From contig NC_058368.1 in NCBI RefSeq assembly GCF_018350175.1, forward strand, positions 138,386,001-138,450,000: DNA of 64,000 nt. Direction: 5' to 3'. The notes under the pieces were generated by a model. The model made no database searches and was not told the DNA's origin. It saw only the letters and a list, made by a program, of their open reading frames with translations. Positions 13,181 through 25,780 of this stretch are shown piece after piece. Source of the stretch: Felis catus. Its lineage: Eukaryota. Each line of letters opens with the position of its first letter. The stretch's first letter is position 1. A program made the position numbers and the translations under genes.

Positions 13181-14079
13181 AAAAGTCAGTGGCCACTCAA
13201 ACATCACATTCATCTTAACACTGCTATCTATCCAGGGACATGTTGGAGGGGCTCATACAGGCTCTCGGAGGCAATGCACATATCTCTTCCCAACTCTGCA
13301 TTCAGTGACATCACATTGGTCACTTGGAATTGGCCATGGTGGAGTGTTTATATTAGGCATTTGGAAAACACTGTACATCAGAGCTCTTTGTTTTGGGGGG
13401 ACTGGTTGTTGAAGATTTACCAGCAAATTAGTGGATTGATTCATGCCCAGTGAATCAATACCACGGCTAGACACTTACTTCCTATTGTTGAATACATCTA
13501 AAAGAAAATAAAAATTCAATGTAAATAATTTTATATTGCAAAAATCTATATTTTGCAGAGGATATAAGATTTTATGATGCTAATATAAGTATGCTGTGCT
13601 ACTATCCACAACACACACATAGCCATTGGCAAATAAAGATGTGAGACACTTTGGCCAGTTATCGACTAAGAAGGAAATGAATAAAATGCACACCTAAATG
13701 TGATGATTCCACATTAACATATAAGAGAGGCCCTCATGAAGAATGACAAGATCTTGATTTTTTAAATAAAAATATTCCTTTTACTTGCTGCACAGCAGTA
13801 ACCTGAAATTACAATGTTCTCAGAGAAGCGGTCAAGGAAGTTTTTTTGGACAATTTTTACCCCCCTTCCCCGTATCTCTACAAAACAGTTCCTACTTAAG
13901 CATATAATCTAATTTTTTACTATAAAAAACATATTTCATCATTTGAATTTCATTTTTAACATAAAGTTCAAGTTAATTTTTCTTTGTCCCTTACGTTTTA
14001 AGTGAATTGACTTAAATAAAGAGTTCTCCAATTTCAGCTATGCTTCTGTATAATAAAATAATTGAGTACTTGAAAATGC

Positions 14080-14600
14080 ATACTGAGCATGTATCCATCT
14101 GTCCGTTTGTTCATCAAATAGTAATTGAGTATCTACTATATGTTAGACATGCTAGAAGTGTCTGGAATGCTGAGATGACTAAGACAATGTTCTTATCCTG
14201 AACTATTTATTCTAAGGAGAATAAAGATGCATCATTACGGTACAACTAGAGAGGAAGTAACAATAAAATGATACACAAGATTACACAGTTTTACAGTGAA
14301 GAGAGTGATTATCTCTATGGTGTGAGGCTTGGAACAACCTGAAGTAAGGCAAGCTGAATTCAAGCATCATGCCTATGGAGAGCCTTCTCTAAACCTTTAT
14401 CTGGTTTAGATGCCCCTTATCTATGTTCTGACAGAATCTCATACAGTCTATTGAAATTGTCAGTTTATTTGCCTGTCTCTCCATTTAAGTTAAATACATC
14501 TTGAGGGCGGAGGTGGTTTTGTATCCCCAGGATGTGGCACAAGCTCTGCTACATGCTTGGTGTCCAGTTGTGGTATAATGAATGACTAAGTGAAGGATAA
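14080..14600. mobile_element. L2 remnants
   Basis: ttcatcaaatagtaattgagtatctactata and ggtggttttgtatccccagga..ggcaca..aatgaatga are typical L2 3' ends. Confidence 0.55.
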
Positions 14601-14618
14601 AGAGTATTGAGAAGCTGT

Positions 14619-14996
14619 TGCTTAGTTAGTTCAAGCTGCTATAACAAAATACCATAGACCAGGTGGATTAAACAGCAAGCATTTTTTTTCTGTCAATTCT
14701 GGAGCTCGGGGAAGCTCAATCCAAGATCAGGGTGCCAGCAGATTTGTTGTCTGCTGAGGGCCCTCTTCCTGGTTTGTGGATGGCCGCCTTCTGGATGTAT
14801 CCTCCCCGGGCTGAGAGAGAGAGACATCAAGATCTCTTTTCTTATGAGGCACTAATCCCATCATGGGGCTTCAACTCTTATGATCTCATCTAAATCTAAT
14901 TATTTCCCATAGGTCCCACTTCCAAATACCATAACTTTGGGGATTTGGACCGCGACCAAGGAATTTTGGAGGGGCACAGACATTAAGTCCATAGCA
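14619..14996 (-). mobile_element. MaLR LTR (MLT1A-like)
   Basis: cttagt..gctgctataacaaaataccatagac.aggtgg.ttaaac...cattaagtccatagca. Confidence 0.85.
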
Positions 14997-15589
14997 AAGA
15001 GTTTGAAGAATAGATAGGAATTTTCACAGAAGATCTGGGAATGTACTGTGGAAAGTGAAGGCTCGGGGATTAGTATTCAAAGACAAGGAACCATAAAACA
15101 GCATACTGCACAGCATGTTTTAGAAATTACAAGTTGTTTTTGTTATTGGTGAGAGTTGGGACAATAGTATAGTCAGAGAGAAGGCAGGGGCCATAGTCAA
15201 TGGCTTATATAGTTTATGTATTTTTTTTTCTGTGCAGAAAATGAAAGTTATTCAAGGATTCCAAGCAGAGCATTATGTGCATTTTAGAAACATAACTATG
15301 GGAAAAGTGAAGACTGAATTGGAGACGGAGAACTGAGTCTGAGAGGTCAGAAACCTATTGCAACAATTCCAAAGAATGATTATGAAAGTTTGAAATAAGT
15401 GTTTGTCGTGGTTTGTTTGTTTGCTTTTTTGGTTTTGTTTGTTTTGTGAGAGGAACAGTTATTCCCTGTAGAACAGCAGAGAATGAGAAGGAGAAGCTAG
15501 AAGTATAGATCGTCCCAGTACGAGAGGAAAGAACTGTTCCTTAGTGTGTGTTTGGCTCGTATTCAAGCGTTGGAAACTTTGGATGGCAA

Positions 15590-15750
15590 AAATAGTTGCT
15601 GCCATTTACTGAAGGTTTACTGTGGGTCAAGCCCTGGATGAGATCTTTATGTACATTATTACATTTGGCCTTCATGAATGAGGATAGGGCTGTGATTTCA
15701 AGCCAAGTTTAATCCCCGAATTAATGCTCTTGACCATTGAGCACTGCTGC
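15590..15750 (-). mobile_element. MIR remnant
   Basis: aatagttgctgccatttactgaaggtttactgtg..; reverse MIR text. Confidence 0.5.
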
Positions 15751-15877
15751 CTCTCCAAGGAATTCGGAGATATTGCGAGGAGGCTATGGCCTGAGAAATG
15801 GGACGTCACGTATAGATGCGTAGACTCTTGGGTAGGTACTCGTTCATACCTACAAAGTCTTGGGAAGGGAGAATGGC

Positions 15878-15985
15878 ATTGCCACAGGTTGGGTTCTCCA
15901 GGAGCAGACGCTGCGATGGTGTTTGCAAGATGTTTATTAGGGATCAATATCTGTGAAAAGAAATGGGAGGAAGCAGGACTTAAAA
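15878..15985 (-). mobile_element. ERVL LTR16-like fragment
   Basis: ggttgggttctccaggagcagacgctg.gatgg..tttgcaagatgtttattaggg resembles the recalled LTR16 end. Confidence 0.6.
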
Positions 15986-16249
15986 GCATAATCACTAGAT
16001 ATTCACGTCTCATTAGCATTGTAGTAACGACAGCAATGAAATCTTTTAAAGAGTGTATTAGCACTAAGAGACATTATCTAACATCCTACAGTTTTCCTCT
16101 GTATGTTGAAGAATGTTGGGAAAGGCACACCGTTGTGTGTGTGTTGACATGTACATTTCTGTTCCTCGTTCCTCCCGATGTGACTTTGCCTCCTTTGTAG
16201 CCACTCAGAAAGTCTCTACCTCCTGCCATCAGTGGACAGGCTTTTTAAA

Positions 16250-16465
16250 AAATTTTTTTTTTCAACGTTTATTTATTTTTGGGACAGAGAGAGACAGAGC
16301 ATGAACGGGGGAGGGGCAGAGAGAGAGGGAGACACAGAATCTGAAACAGGCTCCGGGCTCCGAGCCATCAGCCCAGAGCCCGGCGCGGGGCTCGAACTCA
16401 CGGACCGTGAGATCGTGACCTGGCTGAAGTCGGACGCTTAACCGACTGCGCCACCCAGGCGCCCC
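16250..16465 (-). mobile_element. Young felid CanSINE
   Basis: Near-consensus; TSD GACAGGCTTTTTAAA on both sides. Confidence 0.97.
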
Positions 16466-16695
16466 TAGACAGGCTTTTTAAACACAGCCTCCTCATGAAG
16501 GCCAAAGCCTCCGTCGCCAGCTCCTCCGCCGCACGGATGTGCACTTGTATCTCTCCCGTTGTCCCCTGTCTGAAAACGCCCAGGGGCTACCATACTTCTT
16601 GGCAAAATGGAGTTATCCTTGTTTCCCAAAATTGTCTCACGCGGTTTCCATTCCCCTGGCGATTTTTAAAACATACAATAGTACTTTGAAAGAGG

Positions 16696-16930
16696 GATTT
16701 CGAGGTCTACTTTAGAGACTAATTATGAATCCATTAGGAAGTACGCTGTTGAGAAATGAATGGTCTTACAGACCTGGGGAAAAAGTTTGGCATGACTCAG
16801 TGGGGCCTCTGGGCATATTTCACTGGGTTTCACGGGCTTCTCACAATACAGGGTTGTCTGAAAAGGGGAGGCTTTGCCCAGGTGATAATTGCATAGACTG
16901 TGAGTGTGGTAAAAAAACTGGCTCCAGAAA
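16696..16930. repeat. Copy A of a diverged dispersed direct repeat (putative cis-regulatory module)
   Basis: Colinear with 21730-21990; TGACTCAG at 16793 and identical TGCCCAGGTGATAATTGC at 16875-16892. Confidence 0.8.
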
Positions 16931-17404
16931 AGCCTCTCACAGAATGTTCTGGCTAGAAGAGCTACAATTTGGTGCCTCTTCTCCCTGACCTGCGGGACTT
17001 TTAACGGATTAGCCAAAGGCATTCCCTGTGGATTCCAGTTTTAGAGGGACCTCATCATCACTGCCCCATCTCCCTACCGCCAGTCCCTCTCTGCTTGCAC
17101 CCCTGGGCCTCCTTGAATCAGCAAGCTACATGAGAGAGTAATCAGCCCAGGGCTTGGAGATCCAGATTTTGAAGGAAGGGCAGACAAGTGTGTGTGTTTG
17201 GGTATCTGGTACTTGTTACCAGAAATTGCCAGATACCTAAGCAGGAGAACGTGAATTTGCAGCTAGAAGAATTAGGTTTGAATCCTACTCTTCAGTAATG
17301 AGCCGAGGGACCTTCGGCCCTTCTCTGGATTATGGTTACTTCAGCTGTAAAGTGAGAGTATTTTACCAGGAACTCTGAGATCTCATCTAGCTACCAGAAT
17401 GTAC

Positions 17405-17795
17405 CATGTTTTCAACCCTGGCCAAATATTAAACTCACTCAGGCAGCTTTTAAAGCACGCTGATGCCCAGGTCCTCGCCCCAGAGGTTCTGAATGAGTTG
17501 GGTTGAGTGGCACCTAGGTAAATGGATGGATCCAGATATGTGGTCCTGAAGAGCACGCAGTTTGAGGGCCCTCCTTAAGAAGAGCAAAACAATATCTATC
17601 GCAAATTTTACAAACACGTGACCTTGTAACACACGGCAGGGTGCCTCCCATCACAGAATCTTCGAAAGGCTCTGTGCTTGAAGGTTAACTTTATTGTTTC
17701 AGAATAAATCTTGGGGGTACCCATAGATCAATACATTTAAAAGCCCCCCAACATGATTGCAACGTGCATAATTCCAAGGGGGAGAATCCTGGGGT
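17405..17795. mobile_element. MER5-like hAT MITE split by an ~210-bp insert (probable second DNA-transposon remnant)
   Basis: ttttcaaccctggc...ctgatgcccaggtcctcgccccagaggttctga resumes as tttaaaagccccca..atgattgcaacgtgca after a ggatccaga.atgtggtcctgaag segment. Confidence 0.5.
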
Positions 17796-17859
17796 AGATT
17801 CTGAATCCTAAGGTGAGGATTAGTGTGTAAGCACACGATCGTCTCTATAGCTCTGCCTG

Positions 17860-17997
17860 GAATATCCTGGTTTCAAAATTTCCTTCCATATCTTCCTCTT
17901 CTAACAAATTCCTACTCACCAGAAAGGTGAATATCCTGGTTTCAAAATTTCCTTCCATATCTTCCTCTTCTAACAAATTCCTACTCACCAGAAAGGT
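17860..17997. repeat. Perfect 69-bp tandem duplication
   Basis: 17860-17928 is identical to 17929-17997 (GAATATCCTGG...CAGAAAGGT). Confidence 0.97.
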
Positions 17998-18233
17998 TCA
18001 GATCTAAGATCCCCACCTCTGGGACCTTCCTTCATTCTCTGGTCAGGCAGTTTCTTCTGTCTTTGTCTCAGACCTGCATGTCTCAGACACAGCCCTCAGC
18101 ATACTCTATGATAATTATTTCTTCAAGGTTCTTTCTCCCCCACTAAACTGAAGCTCCTCTAGAGGGAAGAGATGGGGTTTTAGGCATCTTTGTATCTAGA
18201 ACCTAACACACGAAGCCATCATGGAAAAAAAAA

Positions 18234-18486
18234 TTGTTTTAAGTTTACTTATGTGTTTTGAGAGACAGAGACAAAGAGAGAGGGAGAGAGAGAGAGAGCA
18301 TACACGAGTGGGGGAGGGGCAGAGAGAATGAGAGAGAGAGAGAGAAAAAGAGAGAGAGTATCCCAAGTCAGCTCTCCACTGTCACTGCAGAACCAGACAT
18401 GGGGCTCAAATTCATGAACCATGAGATCATGACCTGAGCCAAAATCAAGAGTTGGATGCTTAACTAACTCAGCCACCTGGGAGCCC
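18234..18486 (-). mobile_element. CanSINE (older)
   Basis: Reverse head, long (GA)n tract. Confidence 0.92.
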
Positions 18487-18519
18487 AGAAAAAAAAAAAA
18501 AAAATTGTAAGTTGTTATT

Positions 18520-18735
18520 CTTTTAATTCTTTTTATTTATTTTTAAGATGTGTATTCATTTTTGAGAGAACATGCGCAAGGGGTGGGGGGCAGAGGAAGA
18601 GCGGGGAACAAAGGCTCCGAAGCAGGCTTCACACTGACAAAAGTGAGCCGGATGCGGGGCTCAAACTCACAAACCGTGAGATCATGCCGGGAGCCAGAGT
18701 CGGATGCCCAATAGACCGAGCCAACCAGGTGCCCC
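18520..18735 (-). mobile_element. CanSINE (older)
   Basis: Reverse head ...gagccaaccaggtgcccc; TSD-like taagttgttatt / taagttattatt. Confidence 0.92.
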
Positions 18736-19026
18736 ATAAGTTATTATTTTTTTTTACATAAAAGACCTTTTGACTCCCCCCACATCATATTTTCTAGTTT
18801 CTTTTGTCCATAGCCAATAAAAATACCACACTTAGGATCTACTGAGATTCTCCTTGTCCACAAATGTCAGCTCTCCAAAGCCCTAACAAATAGCCCATTA
18901 AAAAGCTAGATTAGCCATCGGATGGCCCTGACGCTGGAACAGGACATCTGCACAGAACATGGGTTATCAGGCAAGATCATGGAAAGAGCCGGGAGGCAGA
19001 CTCAGCGGAGATTTTGAAGATAATTT

Positions 19027-19247
19027 TTTTTTTAATTTTTTTTTCAATGTTTCTTTATTTTTGGGACAGAGAGAGACAGAGCATGAACGGGGGAGGGGCA
19101 GAGAGAGAGGGAGACACAGAATCGGAAACAGGCTCCAGGCTCCGAGCCATCAGCCCAGAGCCTGACGCGGGGCTCGAACTCCCGGACCGCGAGATCGTGA
19201 CCTGGCTGAAGTCGGACGCTTAACCGACTGCGCCACCCAGGCGCCCC
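19027..19247 (-). mobile_element. Young felid CanSINE
   Basis: TSD TTGAAGATAATTT at 19014-19026 and 19248-19260. Confidence 0.97.
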
Positions 19248-19259
19248 TTGAAGATAATT

Positions 19260-19690
19260 TAAGGTAAGGACTATGTATACAAGTGTGTGTAGAATGAAGG
19301 GAACCAGTAAGGGAAGTTGAGGCACCCAGAGACCCATTATCCTACAGGTCTTAGAAAGTAAAAGCGAGAAACCGTGGTCCTCAACTGGGTTGAGGACTGG
19401 AACCCAGAAGACAGGCTGCTCAGTAGGAGCTCTAGTTCTAGAAGGATGTAGGCACTGCTAGAATGATGGTGCTGACGAAGACAGGAGCCCAGGAAGAAAT
19501 GCTTTGATCTCTCTCCTTCCGCCCTCCAGTCCCCTGCTTGTGCCTCCCACTGACCCACCCCCTGGAAGCCAGTGGCGGTGGCCCCCCCTACCAGTGACGT
19601 GATGCAGAAAGATTGTCCCCCCGGAACCCCAGCTCAGAGTCGGGGGGATAAAAGGGGCAGTGGAACTAGGGAGGGAAGATTAAACAGAAA
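19260..19690. mobile_element. ERVL LTR33-like remnant
   Basis: aagggaaccag.aaggga.gttgaggcacccagag and gccctccagtc.cctgc..gtgcctcccactgac recall LTR33-type elements. Confidence 0.45.
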
Positions 19691-21247
19691 AAGCAGAACG
19701 ATGAACTGGATTTTACAGCGAGGGAGGAAATAATCGGATGTCGTCTATATCCATCATAAGCTGATGCTGTTTACAGTAGTTCTGCTGTCCTTATCGCAAG
19801 CGCAAAACTTCCCAAACTCTGGGCAGCTTACGACCGGCGTGACAGTAAGGACAGATAACAAAAGCGACTCTCTGTGTCCAGCTGCTGTTTTCCAGGAAAG
19901 GGAAGCAGACGCATGCGGGAGTTCTGACACCCCACCTTCCCATCCCTGCCCTTCACTTTCGAGAGGCAACTAATTCCTCTTGTTTCTGCTGAGACCTTAT
20001 TTGTTCCTTGGGCCCCACAGCTTTTGCCACCCGCTTCCTTCCTCACCACCTCTCCTACCACCTGAGATGTTTCTCGGGGATTCTCTTTCCTAACGTCACG
20101 ATCCAAGCTTGCCTAAGCTTACAGCTTCGCTCTCTGCCCCCACGTATGGACAATTATCCCATGGGCATTTGGGGCCCCCTGGTCTCTTCCATAGCCTGAA
20201 GCCTCGCTTGCACCTTGAAAGGGAGCAAAAACAGCACTACACGTTGCGTGTCCCCAGCGAGCTAAGCTAGAGGTGGCTCACACCAGGTCTCCAGGTTAAG
20301 GGCCGGCACACTAAGTGTGATGCTGGAAGAGGTCAGCAGGGGCACCCTCACCTTCCTGTTTCATTCCGTCCCTGCTCACAGGCCCGCTTCCCTCTGGCAT
20401 TCACCTTACTGACCTGCTTCCTTGCACAAAGAGTCACCAGCAGCCAAGAGAAGAGCACACCCTCACAGGCGTCGCCGCCAGGTTTCTTTGGCGTGAAGCC
20501 GCCATGTCCCCTTAATCTGGCTGCCCCTCACCATTCCTTCTTGCTTTTCCCAGCCTGGTCTTTCCGCAGGTGGGAGATGGCAGTGAAAGAGGGAGGTAGT
20601 GGGATTCTCTTGCTTCTCTGGTACTTAAAGTACCTGTAGGGGGGCTGTTTCAGAATAAGGATGTAGCTAAACCCATTCACTTGTGAATTTTTCCAGGCTC
20701 CGGAGCTTGTGGTTAAGACTGGAGTCTGGGGGTGGGTAGCCACGTTTATCAAGGAGATACTTTTCTCCTCAGTGTTCTAGAAAGAGTGAGGAGGTGCTAA
20801 TGGAGTTAGAGCAGAGCTGGGGAAAAACGATACCCTTGGCTGAGGCTGAGGGAGGCTTCAGGAAGAGCTGAGCAGGTGACGAAGGCAGCGGCAGCCTGTA
20901 GAAGACACAGAGGAGGTCACGAGGGAGGAGCCGGAGGGGCTCGGGTGCCCATGGTCTATGCCTCCCGATGTGGAGGTGGAGACAAGCCTCCCAGGCCTGA
21001 GGCTGCAAAGATTTTTCCTTCCTACTTCTTCTGGGGATTGTGAGTCATGGGGTTGTGTGCAGGGGATGACCCCGAGAGACAAGGGAGTCACTGGGTACAT
21101 AATACAGGTACTGGGTAGGTTGGGAATTATTTCAGGGAAGGGGCTATGGTGTCTTCTCTGTAACTCAGCGCAGTTGATTTACAACACCAGATGCTCAGTA
21201 GGTGCTGAATGGATGGTCGTTGAGTGAATGAATGAAGAGTGGAGGTT

Positions 21248-21270
21248 ATTGTTGTTGTTGTTGTTGTTGT
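21248..21270. repeat. (TTG)n microsatellite
   Basis: Visible TTG run. Confidence 0.9.
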
Positions 21271-21729
21271 AACTTTCTCCTTAAACACTGTGGTCAAAGT
21301 ACTCATGATCTGGCTTGCCAAAAAAGTGGAGTTTTTCTTCCTGGATACTGAATGGGAGTATGTGCCGAAGGAATGTAATCCCCCCTTCCCCTTAACCCCA
21401 CGATAAAATGTTATCTGGGAGTCAGTGCAGGATCCAAGCCAGTTTGCTGGGTTCCAGGTTTCAAACGCTCGTGGATTCCCTGTTCCTCTGGTAGATGCGT
21501 GCTCAAGAAAAGCTCTTGGGAGGACTGTGACTCTGACCTTTCTTTTTATTCAGCTCTCAAGTCCAAGGCTATAGAATCAGACCCAGAGCTCTAGACAGAG
21601 GTGTGCCCTTGGTGTTTTAGGCATACGCTCCAGCAGGCAGAGCTTTCCAGACTACAGGCTTCGTCCAAAGTCAGTCTCCCTCTATCTGGGGAACAACCGT
21701 GAATAACCCACTACCATGCCACAACTAGA

Positions 21730-21990
21730 GATTTCTAGGTCTTAAAAGGCTAATTAACAATACCCTGAGAGTACTGAGTACGTTGCCATAAAAACCAACA
21801 GCCCTGTTGCCTATTCCAACTCAGGGCTCCATGACTCACAGGGCTTGTGACTCAGAATGCTCCCAGGCAGGTTTTAATAGGTTTCAGAAGCATCTCCTCT
21901 TACTACTGTCTGAAGATGGGAAGGAGCCTCTGCCCAGGTGATAATTGCCTTGACCTTGAGTCTACTAAAAACGGGCAAGGAAAAAAAGCT
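21730..21990. repeat. Copy B of a diverged dispersed direct repeat (putative cis-regulatory module)
   Basis: Colinear with 16696-16930; TGACTCAG at 21848 (extra TGACTCA at 21832), TGCCCAGGTGATAATTGC at 21931-21948. Confidence 0.8.
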
Positions 21991-22688
21991 ATTGCAGCCT
22001 CGGAGTTGTCAGTGTTGAGAAGAGCAGAAGCAGAACCAGGCCACATGGAGACGCTGCAAAACCTGGTTTCACAACTCGGTTGGGACGTTAAATGATCTCA
22101 TGAGACCCAGCAGAGAATCTCGTGGCTTCCGTGAAAAGCCCAGACCTACTTAGGAAGCATGAAGCATAGAGGGTATTTATCGTGATGGCTCAGAGTGGGA
22201 CCTGTAGCCTGAAACCTCCCAACTGAGCGACTTCTAGCTGTGTGATCACGGCCGTCTGAGCCTCTTTTTCCTCATCACTCAAATGGAGAGAACTGTAGCA
22301 TGCGCCACCTAGGTTGTCGTGAGAATGAAACAAAACAGCCTAGTGTTCGGTAGGTGAGACACGTCTAGTGGCACTCACTGTCTTTCTCAACACTCAAGGA
22401 AGCCAGGGTGAAGTCAATGGTTGGGCAAGAAAATCTATCTGAACATCTATATTAAATACAACATTCCTCTCTTTTTCCCTCACCGATATCAAATCCAGCA
22501 CACAGAGAAATAAAATAAATAAGCTGCAGCTGGAGGGTTGATGCTTTCTCACTGTGCAGCAAATTCTTCACACAATCCCTCTACTTCAGCAGTGCTCCAG
22601 GCCACACCATGATATAACCAAGGACCCCTCAACAAGCTTTCATTAAGCACCCATGCTAACAAGGTGGCCAAGCAATATGACAAGCTCT

Positions 22689-22857
22689 GGGGGTGCCTGG
22701 GTGGCTCAGGTGAGTGTCTGACTTCAGCTCTCATGGTTTGTAAGTTCAAACCGTGCATTGGGCTCACTGCCGTCAGTGAAGAGCGTGCTTCAGATCTATC
22801 CCCCTCCCCCCACCGTCCCTCCCCTGCTCACTCTCTCTGTCAAAAATAAATAAAAAA
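22689..22857 (+). mobile_element. CanSINE (older, small internal deletions)
   Basis: ggggtgcctgggtggctcag head, A tail, TSD-like aatatgaca. Confidence 0.9.
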
Positions 22858-22946
22858 ATATGACACGAGCAGCCTTAGGAAGTTCATCATCTAGGTGGGG
22901 AGACGTGTTCAAACACATAATATTGGCACTGGGGCAAGGGCCCTAA

Positions 22947-23127
22947 AGCAGTTGTGCTTGAACTAGCCGATCTCACAATCATCTGGCAAGCTTGTTAAAA
23001 CACCAATCCTAGACTCTCCCCCCGCTGATTCTGATCCAGTAGGTCAGGGATCAGGCCTCTGGATTTACATTTCCAACATGGATGTGCTGACGTTGCTGTT
23101 TTATGGACCATCCTTTGAGTAGCACTG
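22947..23127. mobile_element. MER5A-like hAT MITE
   Basis: aatcatctgg..gcttgttaaaacac...gattctgat.cagtaggtc.ggg...ggacca.cctttgagtagcactg. Confidence 0.8.
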
Positions 23128-23129
23128 TT

Positions 23130-24780
23130 AAAACAGAAATCAAAAGTTACGGTGTTAGGTATAGAGGAGGGAGAGAATGATGAATTAGTTGGGGGGGGGG
23201 CGGTGAGGTAAAGGAGGGTGCTATCTGGAGTGACTGTGAAGTAGTATTTGAGAAAAGCCTAGAAGTAGGGGTGGACTGCAGCGAGCTGCAACCCGAGGAT
23301 GGTGTTCACATAGAGAAATTCATAAAAAGTCAGAAAAAAACTGCCGAGTGCATTCAGCAAGGTGGAGAATGAGGGTGTATGTGTTGTGGAAGGGAGGGGG
23401 ACAGGAGGAAACGTTGGGCTTTGGTTTCTGAAAGACCTGGCTGAGGAAGCTGGACTGGTTCTGTCAAAAACAGGGCCACCAAATGTTTTTGAAGTTGGGG
23501 AAAATGTCATCAATTCAATGACCTGATGCTTTATATTTATGTGTGAGGCAGATCAGAAGAAGAGATGAGAATTGAGAAGTCCAGTTGGCTGGATGATTTT
23601 TTAAAATTCTTTCATGGGCAAGGAGGTGTTCCGGAAGCTTACACTAGGCCAGTGGGGGTAGGTAGGACTTAGATACGAAAGATAAAGTGTAGGGAATATC
23701 ATCAGGATTTTATTTTATTTTTTTTATTTTATTTTATTTTTAAAAAATTTTTTTTTCAACATTTATTTTTTTGGGACAGAGAGAGACAGAGCATGAATGG
23801 GGGAGGGGCAGAGAGAGAGGGAGACACAGAATCGGAAACAGGCTCCAGGCTCCGAGCCATCAGCCCAGAGCCCGACGCGGGGCTCGAACTCCCGGACCAC
23901 GAGATTGTGACCTGGTTGAAGTCGGACGCTTAACCGACTGCGCCACCCAGGCGCCCCACATCAGGATTTTAAAATTAAGTTGCATGTGGTGGGTGAGGGA
24001 GAGGAACAAGTCAAAGGTAGCCCAAAGGCATGGAGCCTCAGTACCAAAGACTGTAGCAGTGTGAGGGGATTTAGGAAGAAGAAAGATATAATAAGGAAGA
24101 GAATGACTTTGGTTTTGTACCTGTTGATTTGGGTCACCCACAAGTTATCTAGTAGCTCCAGAAGAGAGACCGGGTCTGTGTATACATGTCTGTGTGGAAC
24201 ATTTGGAAGACTGTGGACACTAGGAGAGTAGATGACTTCATCACGGTAGAAGAAAGGTGAGGGGAGAAGGATGTAAGCAACAGAACTTTTGGGGACTGTC
24301 TCCATTGGGTGGTTAGTGGAAGAAGAACCAGCAAAGAAGACTCCGAAAGTGGGGTCTTGGAGGCATTGGAGAGGCGGTTGGATGCTGTTAGCGACAGCAC
24401 TGAAGACTCATGAAGAAGGTTCCAGCAAAGGAGTGATTCGTAGTGTTAACTGCTCGAGAGGCAGAGGGGGAGAGGCCGTCGGCTGTGTTGAATGAAACCT
24501 TCAAGAGCATGCTTCCCAAAGTGGAGCCGGATCCAAGTTGCAGAGTCAAGGAACAAATGGGAGATGAGGACGTAGAGGAAGCAGGTGCTGAGTGGTGACA
24601 GGAAGAAAATGGGACAGTGACTTGAGAGGGAAACGAGTTTACGGGAGGGTTTTGTTGTTGTTTCAGGATCTGGGGGACCAGAATGAGCGTGTAGACCGAG
24701 GGGAAGCAGCCAGTGGAAAGGGAAAGATTAAAGAGGCAAGAAGAAAGGGGATGATTGATGCTGCAGGGCCTGGGAGGAGA
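23130..24780. mobile_element. Long degraded L2 remnant, interrupted by a CanSINE
   Basis: Purine-rich L2-like text (agaagaaccagcaaagaagact, gagtgg.agctgga-type motifs); boundaries approximate. Confidence 0.5.
23713..23957 (-). mobile_element. Young felid CanSINE with long (TTTTA)n tail
   Basis: TSD CATCAGGATTTTA at 23700-23712 and 23959-23971. Confidence 0.97.
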
Positions 24781-25544
24781 TGAGAGGGTGGGATGGAAAG
24801 CCCTGGGACAAAGGAACACTTTATAACCAAGTCCTCTGGGTGTTCTGGCAACCAGACTGTCTTGGATGTGATCCAAGCAAGACTCTTCCTTTACTAAAGC
24901 AAGCAACATGGCGGCACCAATGCAGCCTTGAGAATCTCAAATACAGAGGTGTCCGCTTTATTCCAAGACCAATCTCTCCACTTTCAAGCGTTCAGAAAGG
25001 ACCAAAGGTTAGATTAGAGTTTCAGTATTCTAATTTTCCGACAAATTTATTTCCTTCCTGGGTTAGCCAAATCATAGAGTCTTTTCCCTCACCTGGATTC
25101 CAAATTTAATTAGCCAACTTCCTCCTTCCCCTCTGAGAGTCAGAAAATAGACCTTATTTCTCTCCTTCCCTTCTTAGCTTTTGCTTATCTAAGCTAAGGG
25201 TCCCACGGGAGCTTTCAGCTGATTTATTTCAGCTGGTCCCTCATAGCGACACTGACTCTGGGTTAACCTTCTTGGATCCTCTGGGACCACTTTTAGGAAG
25301 GTTTGCTAGGTATTCTGATCTACTAATAGATCCCCTGAGAGGAAGTCCACACTGTCACAGTAGATCTTACTACCTAACACCTAGTGAAATCCTAGGCTTT
25401 GCTGAGCTCAGCCAAGACACTGCAGGAAACACATGGGCTGGGGTTCCCAGAGAGATTGTCTAGATTTCAACAAATAATGGTAAACAGAGTACATAGCTGT
25501 CTGTAGTAGGAAGCTTTAGGGCCTTATTTTTAAAATTCACTTAA

Positions 25545-25609
25545 ATTTTTTAAAAAAATGTTTATTTATTTTTTGAGAGACACAGAGCAAGAGTGGGAGA
25601 GGGGCAGAA

Positions 25610-25641
<32 letters not shown>

Positions 25642-25780
25642 GGACAGACAGAATCTGAAGCAGACTCCAGGCTCCAAGCTGTCAGCACAGAGCCTGACAG
25701 GGGGCTCGAACCCACAAACCGTGAGATCATGACCTGAGCTGAAGTCAGAGGCCCAACTGACTGAGCCACCCAGGCACCCC
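25545..25780 (-). mobile_element. CanSINE
   Basis: Reverse head; (GACA)n/(GA)n tract; TSD-like taaaattcactt / taaaattctctt. Confidence 0.94.

Noticed and set aside
15724..16200. 158-aa ORF and overlapping 130-aa antisense ORF
   Set aside because: Spans MIR and LTR16-like remnants; no homology recognised.
16725..22095. Shared peptide LCPGDNC in two ORFs, suggesting paralogous exons
   Set aside because: A 4-bp indel just upstream and unrelated upstream peptides show DNA-level, non-coding similarity; reported as a duplicated module instead.
24388..24909. Longest ORF (173 aa)
   Set aside because: Lies antisense in purine-rich, degraded L2-like sequence; low-complexity S/P/L content; no recognisable domain.
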